A stretch of DNA of 64,000 bases from Chrysomallon squamiferum. Lineage: Eukaryota > Animalia > Mollusca. The DNA lies in assembly GCA_012295275.1 (NCBI GenBank), contig CM022671.1, forward strand, positions 34,162,001 to 34,226,000. The letters are read 5' to 3'. Below the pieces are notes generated by a model. The model was not told the origin of the DNA, ran no database searches, and saw nothing but the letters and a program-made list of their open reading frames with translations. Every line of letters starts with the position of its first letter. The first letter of the stretch is position 1. Made by a program: the position numbers and the translations under genes. Shown one piece after another: positions 38,873-59,405 of this stretch.

Positions 38873-39921
38873 AATAAATAAAATAAAATAAATAAATCAC
38901 TTTTATTAATCGAAACCAAAAACTCCTCTGACTCTTCAGTTGAGCCACCGCGCTGTGTTACTCAATGTTTATTAGCGAGGTGAGGTGTTATCTGTACCAG
39001 TTCCTGTGTGTAAACACAAAATACCTGGACGACATTGTTCGCTTCTGCTCTGTGCACACACAGCCTGTGTTCCCAGGTCTAACAACAGCAAAGACAGAGT
39101 CTGTCGTATGTGTTATAAATATGGGTGTAACCAGTAAAATATAGGTTTTTATTAAGGGAAGGGTGGATGCGAAATTTTTTGGCGTGATTTGTTTGCAGTG
39201 CTGTTTACTTCCAAAGGCGTGGGAAATCTGTGCGTATGGGTATCCCGTAGAGTGAGAATAGTTGTATATTTATTTATTTTATTTATTTTATTTATTTTAT
39301 TTATTTTATTTATTTTATTTATTTATTTATTTGTTTATTTATTAATTTAATTTAATTTAATTTAATTTAATTTTATGTTATTTTATTTTATTTTATTTAT
39401 TTATTTATTTTATTATTTATTTTATTTTATTTTATTTAATTATTTATTTATTTATTTATTTTTTTTTTTTTTATTTATTTATATGCCTGTTCATTCATGT
39501 ATATTTAATTTATGTATATTTAAAATGTATTTATACAAAGAGGTTTTTTGTATTTGTCTCTTTATATATTACCACGAGAAAACATGAATTATACATAAAT
39601 TCAGTTTATTAAGTTAATGTTAGCATACGTATATGTATGTGTGAATATATAATTTTTTACGTGATTGCATTCACATATACACACACCCATATATACACGC
39701 CTATATATATAAACAGTTTGGATTATATTTTTTTTCAGAATCCTATCATTTCATAATCACAATTCACGGATCTGAACTGACTGGAGTTTATAACATTTAC
39801 TGAACTACATTTAATCATTAAAAGTGTATAAATTAATTTATAAAAAAAAAAAAAAAGAAAAGAAAAATAAAATTAAAAGAAAAAGCTACAAGGAAATATT
39901 CAGAAACAGTGTGGTTCAATC

Positions 39922-40941
39922 ATGACTAGCGTGGAGGATTTGGTGATTCATTTTAGCTATGGACAAGGACACCGGAAACAGTTTTACTTTCCTGGTGAAT
40001 CCCTCCTCGGAACCGCGGTGCTCCACCTGCGCAGTTCGCTCAGGGTGCACAACATCACGATGTACGTTTCGGGGACGGGCTCGGTGAACTGGGAGAGGCC
40101 GGAGAAAAAGAAAACGTACGCGGCCAAGGAGACGTATTTGGAAGGATCGAAGATTCTGCTGGACAGCGGGTACGGAGGAACCATCAACCTCGGTAAAGGC
40201 GCTCACGAGTTCATGTTCGAATATCAGCTACCGCCCGACCTGCCGTCGTCGTTTCAAGGCGTGTACGGAAGCGTGACCTACGTCCTCAAGGTCATAGTTG
40301 AACCGGAGGACGAGCGGCAGTCGACAATAAGTAGCGAGCCATTTTTGGTTCTCAGACGACCGCCGCTTCCGGAGTCTCTGTACACGGAAACGAAGCTGAA
40401 GAAGAAGAAGCTGTACGTGGACTTCTGCAGCGCCGGAGACATCAAGGCGACGGTGAAGCTGAACAAAGTGGCCGGCATTCCCGGGGAAAACATCTTCGTC
40501 AACGCCGAAGTGACGAACTGGAGCGGCAGGGCGATCTCTCTGATTCAGGCGACCCTCGTGATGACGAGCACGTACTCAGCCCGAGGAAGCCAGATCGTCT
40601 TCAGACAGATCATCAGCAAGAGAAACGACTCGTTCGACGTCGAGAAGCTCAAAGGCAGGCGCTGGAGGAGAGTGAAGATGGCCGTGCCTCCGTACATCCC
40701 CGAGACGGGCCTGGAATTCTGCAACATCATGGACGTCCGCTACACGTTTCAGTTCCGAATCGTTCTCGGGGGCAAAAGCGGACATGACATCATTGTCGAG
40801 ACGCCCATCACCGTTGGGGGTCATCCTGTTGGCTATGTGCCAGAATCGGACGCCATGAGCAGCCGAATGTCTTTACCGTTCTACGCGGGGAACCAGACTC
40901 TGACGGAAAGCGTGGACGGTGACCTCTTCGATCTGAGATAG
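39922..40941 (+). CDS. Arrestin domain-containing protein (alpha-arrestin/ARRDC-like), 339 aa, single coding exon
   Basis: Uninterrupted GC-rich ORF with Arrestin_N signatures (YFPGESLLGTAVL; G.GSVNW; TYAAKETYL; LGKGAHEFMFEYQLPPDLPSSFQGVYGSVTY) and Arrestin_C signatures (GIPGENIFVNAEVTNWS; VPPYIPETGLEFCNIMDVRY; ETPITVG). Confidence 0.93.
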   Translation: MTSVEDLVIHFSYGQGHRKQFYFPGESLLGTAVLHLRSSLRVHNITMYVSGTGSVNWERPEKKKTYAAKETYLEGSKILLDSGYGGTINLGKGAHEFMFEYQLPPDLPSSFQGVYGSVTYVLKVIVEPEDERQSTISSEPFLVLRRPPLPESLYTETKLKKKKLYVDFCSAGDIKATVKLNKVAGIPGENIFVNAEVTNWSGRAISLIQATLVMTSTYSARGSQIVFRQIISKRNDSFDVEKLKGRRWRRVKMAVPPYIPETGLEFCNIMDVRYTFQFRIVLGGKSGHDIIVETPITVGGHPVGYVPESDAMSSRMSLPFYAGNQTLTESVDGDLFDLR

Positions 40942-41345
40942 CAGGTGCTCAGTTTTGAGTTTGAGTTTTTGAGTAAGGTTTCAGTTTCAGAGCACGTTTC
41001 GAGTTACCGTTTAAAATATATTTCATTTGAAGTCACGAAACCGAGATGAACTATTCAAAAGCAGTTAATTTGATGTCATGAACTTGTGATTAACATTAAA
41101 GTATAGACTATTTAAATTCATTAAAATGGAAATACTATTAAATGATGATTTTATAAACGAAAATTTAACTATCAACAACATATGAATATATATATGTATA
41201 TATATAAATGGGATGGCTTAGAGCTAGTAATAACGCTGATTTTAAAATGTATATTCACACTTACTATGTATTTATTATATTTAAATTAGTAAAGAAAATA
41301 TCAGAATTTATCTGGAATGTTTCAGAAATTTGCAAAATTCATGAC

Positions 41346-41382
<37 letters not shown>

Positions 41383-43020
41383 CGCTTATAGATAACATAA
41401 GGGACATATCTATGAATTTTCAAAGTACATGAAAAATTAATAAACATACGTTTAGCATATGTATGGAAAATACAGTTACTTCAATAACATCAGAACAAAT
41501 GTTTTCAAAATATGTATGTAATAATCAATGTGTATGTATATATATATATATATATATAGGTATGTAAATATATAGCAAATATTTGATTTAACCAGAGGGG
41601 TTTTGATTCGTGTTAATCTCATTCCAGTTAATCATTACGTAATACGATACAACCCCCCCCAACACAAAAAAACAGACGAAATCAGACAAAGGAACCAATA
41701 AACTGAAGCAAAGCAACAATTTTACTTACATTCACTCGACTGTAGGTGTGTTTGACATTTCAATCTCTTTTTAAATAGCTATTATATCTTAAGAACGAAA
41801 CGCTTTTATCAGAGCTACCCGAACACACGCAACAAAGGACCATTTCACAAAGAACAGATATTTGCAGACACGCCAAGCGCACCCAGTTAACCCTTTTGCG
41901 TACAAAACATGACTCTGTCTTAGAGTTACATAATAAACTCTTTTTTTTTATTGTGTATTTTTTTGATTTTTTTTTTTTTTTTTTTTTAATGATTTTTATT
42001 ATTATTATTATTTTTGTCTGATTTTTTTTTTCTCTTACACACTGAAGTAGCTGAACTGAACGACTGTGACTGAAAGAAGACGCAAGAAAACTAATTAACC
42101 GAATCGATTTTCGCAGGACCCTTTCAGAAAACAGGTATTTAACGCTCCAAAGGTTGTGTACGAGCAAATTTAAAAGGATGTGATTATAATAAGAGCGGTT
42201 TAAATAGACCGTTTTTGAAAGAGCGCTTTGCTGAATTGATTTAAACACTAAAACGTGATTCAGTGAAAGAGATATAAAGAAGACTTGCCCCAAAAATTGC
42301 TATAACTACATCGCTTTAAATTAACTGTGTCAAGAGAGGATGAGATGAATGCGATTTATACGGACCGTTTAAAGAAATCTTGAAACAGAAACTTTTTTTA
42401 AAAATAAATTATTTGAAGATGAGGTGTAATGGGCGACATTTATACAGACGTTTTTACTGAATCGTTTAGCGATTTGGTCTAAACATCGCGGCACTAAAAC
42501 ACGGTCTAACAAAACTGATTCATGTCAACCGTTTCAGGACGGGTTGTAATTTAAACTAATCAAAAATTAATTTTGTTAGAAACCAATCAAATACGTGTCA
42601 AAAGTATTAGGTTTCTGTTTTGGGCGACCTGTCATCGTTAATATCAAAATATGACCATAAAATAATACCGTAACGAAAGATTAGGACGGAACCAAAGAAT
42701 TAATTCATTACTGCATCAATGTGTACACGGCGAACTGATACCTGTAATTTTACTGAACAGGAATAAAATAAACCCTAGGTTTCAGTAATGAACGTACGCT
42801 AAACACCCGAGACTTAATGTTTTCAGTTGTCAGTTCTGAGAAAGGTTATTATTAGCATGCAATGAACACAATAGAGATATAAAGTATTTTTAGTTTGCAC
42901 TAACACCAGTCACAGCTTCAGTGAAAGGAATAATGAGAAAGAGGATTTTTCTTACTTTTTTTTTCTTTCTTTCTGTCTCTCTTTCTATCTCACTCCCTTT
43001 TTTCTCTATCCATCTAACTT

Positions 43021-43081
<61 letters not shown>

Positions 43082-43426
43082 GTCTGTCTGTCTGTGTGTG
43101 TGTGTGTGTGAAATACAGGTTTATTGTTTTATAAATGCACTGATATCAGTTTGTGTTACATCATAAATAAATGCTGAATGTGAATAAATGTAAAAAGAGT
43201 AAAACTCATACTTTGATATGCAGACGAATCAGTTTTATTTCTGCCTGTGGCGAGTTTTACCTAACTTGATTAATTTAAGTCAGTACGACGAAAAAAAAAG
43301 AGAAAAAGTTTATTGTATTATACTTGATATTCATTCAGTTTCTATCTAATAAACATAATATATATATATTTTAATTGTGCAATTTTGTTTTGATGTCGTT
43401 TTCCAAGACTATTATCTATCTAAACC

Positions 43427-43510
<84 letters not shown>

Positions 43511-43826
43511 TGTTGAATAAAGACTTTGTTAATAGTAAATACAGCGGCTGTATACTTTTATTCGTGCATTCAGTAATTTATTTATTTATAATTTAATTTT
43601 ATTTTGTAAACAGATAAATGAAGGTCAGATTGCAGTCATTTTCACACAGACCTTGAATTGTAACTCGATTTGCTGTTGTGAAGTAAATGCAATGTGATAG
43701 CAGTGACATTTCCTGTTTGTTTTCCACCAAGCCAAGGGCGCACCGTAGTCCTTCGTATGGTGTGTTTGTCACTTTCTGTATGTATGTGTTTGTGTCTGAC
43801 TGAGAGATTTACACCCACACGTATAC

Positions 43827-43914
<88 letters not shown>

Positions 43915-45374
43915 GGAAAGAGGTAGACAGACAGAAAGAAAGAATGAGAGAGACACAGATTCAGAGGGAATATATTTCCACACATAGATAAAAACGGAAT
44001 AAAGAAAACAAATAATAACTAGGAAAGATAGAAATATTTTATTAACCAAAGCTTTTAAGAAAACCTTACAGTTATCACGTGATCTACAAAAACAAAGCTT
44101 ACAACTTACACCATTAGCGACATCATAACATCGACCTTATTCATGATAAATGCAACATAACAATAAAGACATACACCAGTAAAAACATCAGTTATTATAC
44201 ACTTTAAACATTCCTGGTTTTACAAGTGTTTAAAACGAATTCATGTCTCCGGCCATCAGCGTATACCACCTCTTTGCATGAAATACAGTACAGTGACGTA
44301 CATATTCAGTGTCTGGCCTTGATGTACTGGAATCCAGAAAGACGATGTGAAAAACATATCCAGATGCGTCCCTTTCCAGTTCTGGAATCCTCCGCGGTAC
44401 ACGAAATTTTATCAATAATTAAAGATTTTTTTTATTTTTTTTATATAGATGTGTAGTTTCAGCAGACACTGCGGAAAAAAGAATTATCAGTAATTAAACT
44501 TCTTATAGAAATAATTCTATATATTTAATAAAGAAAAAAGCTTTGACTAAGGGGATCTCTTTAAGTCTTTGTTTTCTAAATTCTAAATTTTACAACCCAC
44601 CTGCTGGTTTAACTTACTTTCAGCAGACAGCAGTTTTCTCTGTCATTTCACTTATTATTTAGCAGCTATTTGTTTTTTTTATGTTATAAGACATTTTGTA
44701 TTTGTTTGGTTAATTTGATTAATTTCAGTAGCAGACTGAATAACTGGATTAATTTAATCCTGTATAAAATAAACTTAAAAAAAAAAAAAAAAACAAAAAC
44801 AAAATAATAATAAAAATAAAATAAAATAAAGAAATGTTAAAAGGTTTGCTTAATATTAATATTAACAGTATCAAACCCACTGCCGCTATATGTGTTGCTC
44901 TTTTGGACTAGAAGCAAGATATCTTCTGTTGTGTGTGCGTATGTATGTATGTGTGTGTACATGTGTGTATGTATGTGTGTGTACATGTGTGTATGTGTAC
45001 ATGTGTGTATGTGTGTGTGTGTACATGTGTGTGGGAGTGATCACGCTTCCTCTAAACCGCCACGGTACGACTGTAAGTTCGAGACTTTAGTATTTGTTTT
45101 TGTATTTTGTTATTTAAATACGTTTATGTTGTTTTTTCTTTGTTTCTATTTGTTTCGTTTTTTACATGAGCGCTCTGTTTACATATTTGAAAGACATAAT
45201 ATTTAGTCATACCTGCACAACGACACACACACACACACACACACACAGATACACACACAAATACACACACAAACACACACACATACACACACATAAAACA
45301 CACACACACTCACATATATATATTTATACACATACACACGTATCCATACACACGTATATAAACACATACACATA

Positions 45375-45495
45375 CAAACCATGGTATACGCAGCATAATA
45401 GGGGGAACTTAATCTATAAACGCATTCAAAGAGGACTGATCCTTCCATTCCACTGAAACGATTTGTGATCACTCTAACCACTGAGCTGCCTGTCA
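45375..45495 (-). mobile_element. Possible 5' fragment of a tRNA-derived SINE
   Basis: The minus strand reads GCAGCTCAGTGGTTAGAGTG (A-box-like), followed by a degenerate B-box-like GGATCAGTCC. No complete cloverleaf. Confidence 0.35.
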
Positions 45496-45560
45496 TCTCT
45501 GTGTCTTTGTTAGCCTGCATGTGTGTCTGCCTGTGTGTGTGTGTGTCTGTCTATCTATCT

Positions 45561-45840
45561 ATCTAACAGCAATTGTTATATATACTTTTAGATATGCGTA
45601 AAGTACAGAATTAACAGTATTAAGGTTGTTTACATGATAAACAGGTAAAAAAAAATACGTTTTTTGCACTTGATGGTTATATATATATATATATATATAT
45701 ATGCGCATATATCTAACCCCAATTGTTATATATACTTTTGAATATGTGTTAAGTATAGAATTAACGTTATTAAGGATTTACATGATAAACAGGTACAAAA
45801 AAAAAAAAAAAACACGTTTGTTGGACTTAATGGTTATTTA
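45561..45840. repeat. Diverged 150-bp-period tandem duplication
   Basis: ATCTAAC..CAATTGTTATATATACTTTT...AGAATTAAC..TATTAAGG..TTTACATGATAAACAGGTA(A)n.ACGTTT...ACTT.ATGGTTAT occurs at 45561 and 45711. Confidence 0.8.
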
Positions 45841-46333
45841 TACACCAGTCTTGAAACTGAGACCGCTCAGAATCTGTCACACAAATCAAATAAACGAGTA
45901 ACAAGAAAACCGAAGACGATTATTGAAAGATTCGCTATTTTCCGCTATTCCGACAAGTTCCGAAAATATCACGTCACGTCACGTCATCAGTAAATCGAAA
46001 CTGAAATATCTGAATTCGGTTAACCGTACTAACCGCTGATAACGGAGATGTTACTAACTGTTAAAATCTACCAACTTACATCTGTCTACTCGATACGAGT
46101 ATTAACGAGTATTTACGAGTATTTACGATGATTAATTTATGACTTACTGTCCTGGCCATACAATGTTTATTCTGAATACTTTTTACAAAGACAATCTTTG
46201 ACGTATTCTGTGAGTTATGATATTTTCTATTATTCTATTATTTTGTTATTCTATGAACTGAAAACAATCTGGTTTACAATGGATTAAAATCCTTGAATCC
46301 GTTAACTTTTGTCTTCTTAATCAAATGACCCGG

Positions 46334-46364
<31 letters not shown>

Positions 46365-46539
46365 TATATGCAAGTTAAAATACAGAGTATTTAATGATAG
46401 AAAGATCATGTGTATTTTGTCTTGTATTGTTTTTAGGGCCGAGTGCAGTTGGACTGCATAATTATTGTACGCAAAAAACTCACTCACACACACTCGGACA
46501 AACGCACATATAATACATAAATCTCTCTCTCTCTCCCTC

Positions 46540-46645
<106 letters not shown>

Positions 46646-47013
46646 TTTCACTCAAAACTCCACAACACTGGCAAAATAAAGTGTTAATAATTAATCAGTA
46701 GAAAAAAAAAATAAAAAAAATAAAGTGTATATATATGAACTGGTTTCCAGATTCGAACCAACTATCTACCAGTCCACTTGCCCACGACAATGGCTGCTAT
46801 TAATCAACTGTTCTTAAGTAATTAGTTTTCCTGCAGCATCTTCAATCATTTCCAGAATCGATACGGTGTAAGTCGGTGTTAATTAGATACAGAAAGAAAA
46901 CGACAAATATTTTCTTTCTCGGCAGACGGTGGAAATATGCACCATTCGTCCTCAGACCAACGTCTTCAATGAGCGAGTGGATTTTGCTTCTCGAGATTAT
47001 CAGCATTTCTGGA

Positions 47014-47164
47014 ATAGCGTATAATTATACCCTAAGATCCTAATATCACGTATAATTATATCCTAAGATCCTAAGATAGTGTATAATTATATACTAAGAT
47101 AGCGTATAATTTTATCCTAGGATAACTAAGATCACGTATAATTTTATCCTAAGATCCTAGATAG
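47014..47164. repeat. ~31-bp minisatellite (~5 copies)
   Basis: Unit GTATAATTATATCCTAAGATCCTAAGATAG/CAC repeated with variants. Confidence 0.85.
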
Positions 47165-48198
47165 TCGTAGATTTAGAGATTTGATTCTCTAGAAAGCAGC
47201 TTTTGAAATAATTCCCGTTCCAGACAGCGATCAAAAGTTGTCCTGTGTGTAACATGACAAATATGAAAAAAAAAAATATATATATATATATAGATGGATG
47301 AATAAATAAATAAATAAAGTGAAAAAAAAATTAATAAAAGTAAAAGAAAAATGAAGATCAATTAAAAAATATTTGAAATGTGCAGAGAGAGAGAGAGGGA
47401 GAAAATAAAAAAATAAATAAATAAAAAGAGCAGCGAGTTGAAAACAGAATGCGACTGAAGAATTAAGAGGAAGTTTACACGTGTCAGCTGTCCAGACAAA
47501 TTAGTGATGACGTAACCCACAGGGACGTTGTCGTTCTCTCTCATTTCCTTCCCCGCATCCGACCCCCTTTTTTTTTTTTCGATGATGTAAAAATAGAAAC
47601 AAAAACAAAACAACAAACACAAAAAACAAAACAAAACAACAACAACAAGAATAAAAATAAAGAAAGAAAAACGGGAAAGAAAAAAGAAAGAGAAGCTACT
47701 AAAAAAAAAAAAAAAAAAAAAAAAAACAAACAAAAAAAACATCAGAATCAAACAAATAAAAAAAATAATTAAATGAAGCGATCTCAACGTCTCCTCAAAT
47801 CAAGGAGAAATTCAGAAACACTCAGAACAAAATAACCAGAAAAAAAGAGAGAAAAAAAAAAGAGTGTAAAACATGATTTAAAATAGAAGAGAAATCCGAC
47901 TGACTTCATAAATATTATGACAGCTGTGCAGATGGAATAAAAATGACTGTTACTGATTTCGAAATAAAAAACAAAGAGCAAGCATTTATCACGGTGGATG
48001 GCTTCAGAAGCTAAGAAACAGAAACAGAAAAAAAAAGAAAGAGAAGAGGGGGATCAAGTGATACAGGGGGGTGATTATTATTGTTGTTGCTGTTGTTGTC
48101 GGTTGATACTGTTATTATTATTATTGTTGTTGTTGTTGTTGTTGTTGTTATTATTATTATTATTGATGTTGTTGGTTGATATTTTGTTATTATTATTA

Positions 48199-48262
<64 letters not shown>

Positions 48263-48397
48263 ATTGCTGTTGTTGTTTTTCATTTTCTTCTCTTTCTTCA
48301 TCTTGTTGTTGTTGTTGATGGTTTTTTTTCCTTCTTCTTCTTCTTCTTATTATTATTATTTTGTGTGTCATGGAAATACAGCACTTAAAGACAAATG

Positions 48398-48690
48398 TGG
48401 GTGACTGGTCCAGAGTTTAGATGACGTGGTTGAGGTGTTACTGACTAGGATCAATCCTGACAGATTCACGTTTCAGACGTCGTCTTAGCTGTTTATCGAC
48501 GTTATCTGATTTCCTGTTTATGGAAAGGTGCTAATAAAAATTTCCTTGCCGCTAAATGAAAACAAAGTAACCTCTGTTTCGGTAGGGGATTTACATCTCT
48601 CGTTATCTGCATACTCCTTAATCATATGCAGTCGTAAAAATATAGACTACAAATTGTTACGTTCGTTCTTTCTTCTTCCTTCCTTTTTTT
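48398..48690 (+). mobile_element. Degenerate tRNA-derived SINE remnant (molluscan SINE-like)
   Basis: Decayed tRNA-like head with a B-box-like CTAGGATCAATCC. Body TCCTGTTTATGGAAAGGTGCTAATAAAAATTTCCTTGCCGCTAAATGAAA...TCTCTCGTTATCTG...CCTTAATCATATG and a TTCTTCCTTCC tail resemble, from memory, the central domain of gastropod SINEs. Not verified by search. Confidence 0.5.
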
Positions 48691-50453
48691 TTTTCTTCTT
48701 ATGAATCTCAAGAATTCGTTTTATTACTAACATGACAGAGAACTGTTGATTAAATGATTAAACGTGAAAGAAAGCCGATTTCATTGCTGTATAATTCGTT
48801 GTTTATATCTTCACTTCCTATATTTCATTTTATTTCCAGAATAAAAGTAATTGCTGGCTCACTTGTATAAAACTGACTTTCTCAAAGCTTGAAACAAAAT
48901 GCTGCATATCTTTTCAGTAACTAACATTATTCGCCATGGTATCAGGAATACTAAACATTATGACCATACTTTATTATAAGTAAAGATTTTTCTCCTTGAC
49001 AGTCATATATATATAACTATTCAAATTAAATATGTGCAGCCTAACTTTACATTTAAGAGTCGTATGATAAAGTAACACAGAACATAACAGAACAACGGAT
49101 TTTAATTAACTTTCGTGGCCTTAACCTTTCGAATGTTTTCGGAAACGGAAGTAACTTATAGGCGATCCACGAAGTAAGACTAAGAGATTTCCGGTGTTTT
49201 CCGTGACCTTAGATATAAAAATCATCAATACGAGGCGCGAGCGTTGAAAATACGTAATCTGCAGTAAGTGAAAAATATTTGTTTCGTATTCTTGTATTTT
49301 CAGTAGTCGGAAATTTCGAATGTACTGTAGGAGTTTTGCTTTTATCTGCGATCTGTCACGAAATCTTCCGAATGTATCCGAAGAAGATGAAGAAAATTCT
49401 GCTCATAAATTATTTTGATATCGACGATGAAATCTAATTTACAATTTTTTGTACGTGGTTTAATCTTTCATATCACTGTTTTTTGTTTTATTTATAGAGA
49501 TAAATGTTTTATACAGAAGAACCGACAAAGAGAAAGCGAGAAAAGTGCAGTACAGAGAAATTTTTGTGTGTTTACATATATATATATATGAATGTATATG
49601 CATAACATAAAAATGAAAATGTTTTATATTCTAGATAATATTTTAATACATTAATTATGACATGAACATATAAAAATAATATATGTGTATTTTTTTTTTC
49701 AACATTGATATAGGTATCAGGTCCGTAAGATACATGACACTATAATATTTTTCATTGATAATAAATGAAAAAAGAAAGAAGCTTTTTAGAAACATGACAA
49801 TGTTTGATAATAAATCTTGTGTTTAAATAGTATACATTAGAATGTTTGTAATATTTTTTTTTTTTTAAATTGTTTTATCAGTACACAGTTTAATTTTATG
49901 AACTGACATAAACAAGGAACGTTATAAGGAAAGTTAGGATTGATCTCCTGGAAAAGTCTTCGAAATTTGCTCCTGAAACTGAAACGAAACAAAAAAAAAA
50001 AAAAAAAAAAAAAATCAAATCAAAAAAATCATTTCAATAAGACGTGCCATATTTAATATCAAACCCACCATACTAAGATGAAAGAAAATTACGAACATTT
50101 ATTTTTGTTGTTTATTTTGTTTAAAATTTTGTTAAATTTATTAATAATTTTAATATCATCATTGTCATCATCATCATCATCTATAAATGTGATTAAGAAC
50201 AAGAAAGATAAATTTTAAATTTTGATTTTCTTAATAAGTTTCTAAGTAGTATACAGTATCTAGAAGCTGATAAATGGAGACAAAGAGAGAATGAAACATA
50301 CAGAGACAGAGACAGAGAGGTAAAGACAGATATAAGCAGAGATAGATAGAGAGAGGTATAGAGATATAGAGATAGATAGATAAAGAAAGAAATACAGAGA
50401 TAAAGAAAAAATACAGAGCTAGAGATATGGATATATATATATATAATGATTAT

Positions 50454-50565
<112 letters not shown>

Positions 50566-50971
50566 AAACGAAACCCTACATATTACTTGGGCTTTGTTTT
50601 GTATTCTCACTAATCTAGTTTCTCTTTGTGACATTTTACGAATATCCAAACAATGCGCCATTGCATAAACAACTGAAAGATTCAGGTTTGATTGAAAACA
50701 CTGTCATCGTAGACTTCCTTTTGTCAGAACATTTAGGCACACACCTACACGCACCCACACAGACATACACATATCCACACCCACGCGTATGCATGCTTAC
50801 AAACACAAACAAACACATTCAAAGATTTAACAAGCAGCTATTCTTGCATCAAGGAGCTACCGATTGTTGATGAATGATGGTGCACAACGTGGTAACATTT
50901 ACTGCATCATCTTAGTTTTCAGGACTGAGAGATTTTAAAGTGTTTGATTTTATCAGATGTTTAGCATTGCA

Positions 50972-56761
<5,790 letters not shown>

Positions 56762-57803
56762 ATTGACCTTCTTCTGATTCACTGATGCGCAAGGTAACAA
56801 AACCCACATTTCAATGTGTTTTTTTTTTTTTCTTATATGTAAACACGTATTTTATGAAGTTATACTGAACAACAACAAAAAAATGTTCATTATAAAGAGT
56901 TTGGTTTTGGGTTGTTGTTTTTTTCCGAAATAATTCACGAAATGTTTAAAATAAAGTTAAAGACAGTATATACATATAAACAAACGTAGGTACGTGCATA
57001 CATAATTGCATATAAAAATATATATTAGTGTGTGTTTGCGTGCATATGTATGTATGTAATTTATGTGTGTATGTATATATGGTTGCATGTGTGTGTGTGT
57101 GTGTGTGTATATGTAGGTATGTACCTATAATACAAACAAAACCAATGCAAATCGTGTGGCTGTTTAAGAAATAAAATAAAATAAATAAATGAATAAAATA
57201 TAAATAAATAAAAAAAAAGTGAAAAAGAAACACAAAAACTAATATTATAATATTTAAAAAAAATTAAATTATAAAATTAAAAATAAATAAATAATAATAA
57301 AAAATAAGATTAAAATGAATTTAAACAACAAAGATATATCAGGGTAAAAAAAAAAAGTATAGAGAAAAAAGAAAAAGAAGAAGAAAAACAAGACAGTAGT
57401 AAAACAAACATAGAAAAGCTATGCAGTGGTTATAGAGAAGTCACTCGATGCGTATTATGTAATATTTACGGTAGTTAAGATCAGGTGCAATGCCTCATTC
57501 TTGCTCTTTTTGTACCAACATTAATGAAATTACAGTAAATTAAATCTACTGAAGGTTTTTTCTCCGCGGAACACCTGAAAAAGTGTGAAACAGTCTCTAA
57601 AAAATGCCACATTTAAAATTAGCCAGAAGAGTAGACGATTCAGATGTTTTCCTTCTTGAAAAATAATACTCGAACAAATCAATGCTTCCTCATGATTAAA
57701 CTGTGAAGAAATACGTAGCTTATTATGAACCTGTTTGTTAGAATTTGTAATTAACGAAACTTGATAAGTATTGGTATAGGTGTTGTTTCACAGTAAACAG
57801 AAA

Positions 57804-57875
<72 letters not shown>

Positions 57876-57906
57876 CACTGATTGAGAGAGTGAACGAGAG
57901 AGAGAA

Positions 57907-57951
<45 letters not shown>

Positions 57952-58126
57952 CAGAAATACAATACGAAAACACTAAAGAAAACCACACACAAAACCACAC
58001 ACATATACATTTATATGAAAAATCTTGTGCTCAAACTATGGCACAAATCTAAGAAATAGAGATATAAGAACTTATCTGCGATTTGATTTTTGCAGCTTTT
58101 AACATGTTCTTCAATTCCATTAAGTT

Positions 58127-58182
<56 letters not shown>

Positions 58183-59129
58183 CAATTATCTCTTGATAAA
58201 TGTAACAGAACTCAAATAAGACGAGTAGATTGACTGTAATTTCTGTTTAATATGGGAACCAGTTTGTATCGCGTTCTAGCGAATAATAATTAATGATTTT
58301 ACTTTCCGAGCCAGATAATATTTATTTAATCTTTTATCAAGACAAAATTTAATTTATTTCCGTTTTATAACTTTTCAAAATAACGAGAAGTTTATGACTG
58401 TTGGTATACTTTCTAATAAAGAAACATAAAACAGGAAAGAAATTAACGTAAACGTCATTAAAACAAAATTAGGTTAATGGTCCTTTGAGGATTGCATTGT
58501 CTCTTGGAACAAGCCATTTTTTTGTTGTTTTTTTGATCCTTCTAATACTGATGCACGATAGACAAACATCTTTCTGAAGAAAAAAAACCAAAAACAATAA
58601 TTTTTTTCTTTGCAGTTTTCTTCAACTATTCATCAACAGATCAATATGCAGCTTTTCATGTTAGAGTTTTGTTGTTGTTGCGTGCGCAAGGTTGAAGTTA
58701 TTACGTTATTAGATATAAAAAAGCAAATGGCGTGACCGTTAACGAGATGAAGTAAGTTTTGACGGCGGCGAGTGGTTCGGGCTGGCTCGTGTTGTAGTGG
58801 CAAATTTCACACGCGATTGTCACGTGCACAGAGTTAGCGTGGATAGTTCCAGAATGTTCCAAACGCTGTTCTGTTCAGTGAAGTCACGAGTGTTTAACAG
58901 AAACAGTTGTTATCGGTTGTTAACTGTCATTCGTGGGATGTTTGTAGCGGAAGCTAGAAATCTTAAAACAATCGCGCTGCAGGCTACTGCATTATTATTA
59001 CAAAAGCATCGCTTCTGTTATCAGATCTAAGTCACGTATCGAAATGAACCGTATCGTCCGGTAGTGCAATATGATATCATACGTAAGCAGGACGCCCTGC
59101 TTTCGAATGGATTTTTAATTTTTAATTTT

Positions 59130-59168
<39 letters not shown>

Positions 59169-59374
59169 TTTTTTTTTTTTTTTTTTCATAACACTACTTA
59201 CATCTTTTAAAACAGTATTAACGAAAATAACATTTATTAAATTATTTATTTAAATTTTGTAACGATATAACTGCCTGTAGCAGCTACTACATCTTCAACG
59301 TGTGCAATATTTTTGACAATTAAATATTAGTTTTAGTAAGGACCACTCACCGATCAGATTCTGAATCTTTCCCG

Positions 59375-59405
<31 letters not shown>

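Noticed and set aside
41760-42293. 177-aa minus-strand ORF (and 37840-38418 on +)
   Set aside because: Low complexity, crosses homopolymer or microsatellite tracts, and shows no coding-like composition or motifs.
45375-45495. Functional tRNA gene
   Set aside because: Only an A-box-like arm is present; I cannot form an acceptor stem, anticodon arm or intact T-loop. Treated as a SINE fragment.
47014-47164. CRISPR-like ~30-bp periodic array (also 6007-6138)
   Set aside because: The units are adjacent with no unique spacers, there are no cas genes, and the context is eukaryotic. These are ordinary minisatellites.
59136-59187. A-run followed directly by a T-run (perfect hairpin or terminator-like)
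   Set aside because: Poly-A and poly-T runs are everywhere in this window, so adjacency is expected by chance. Intrinsic terminators do not apply to this genome.
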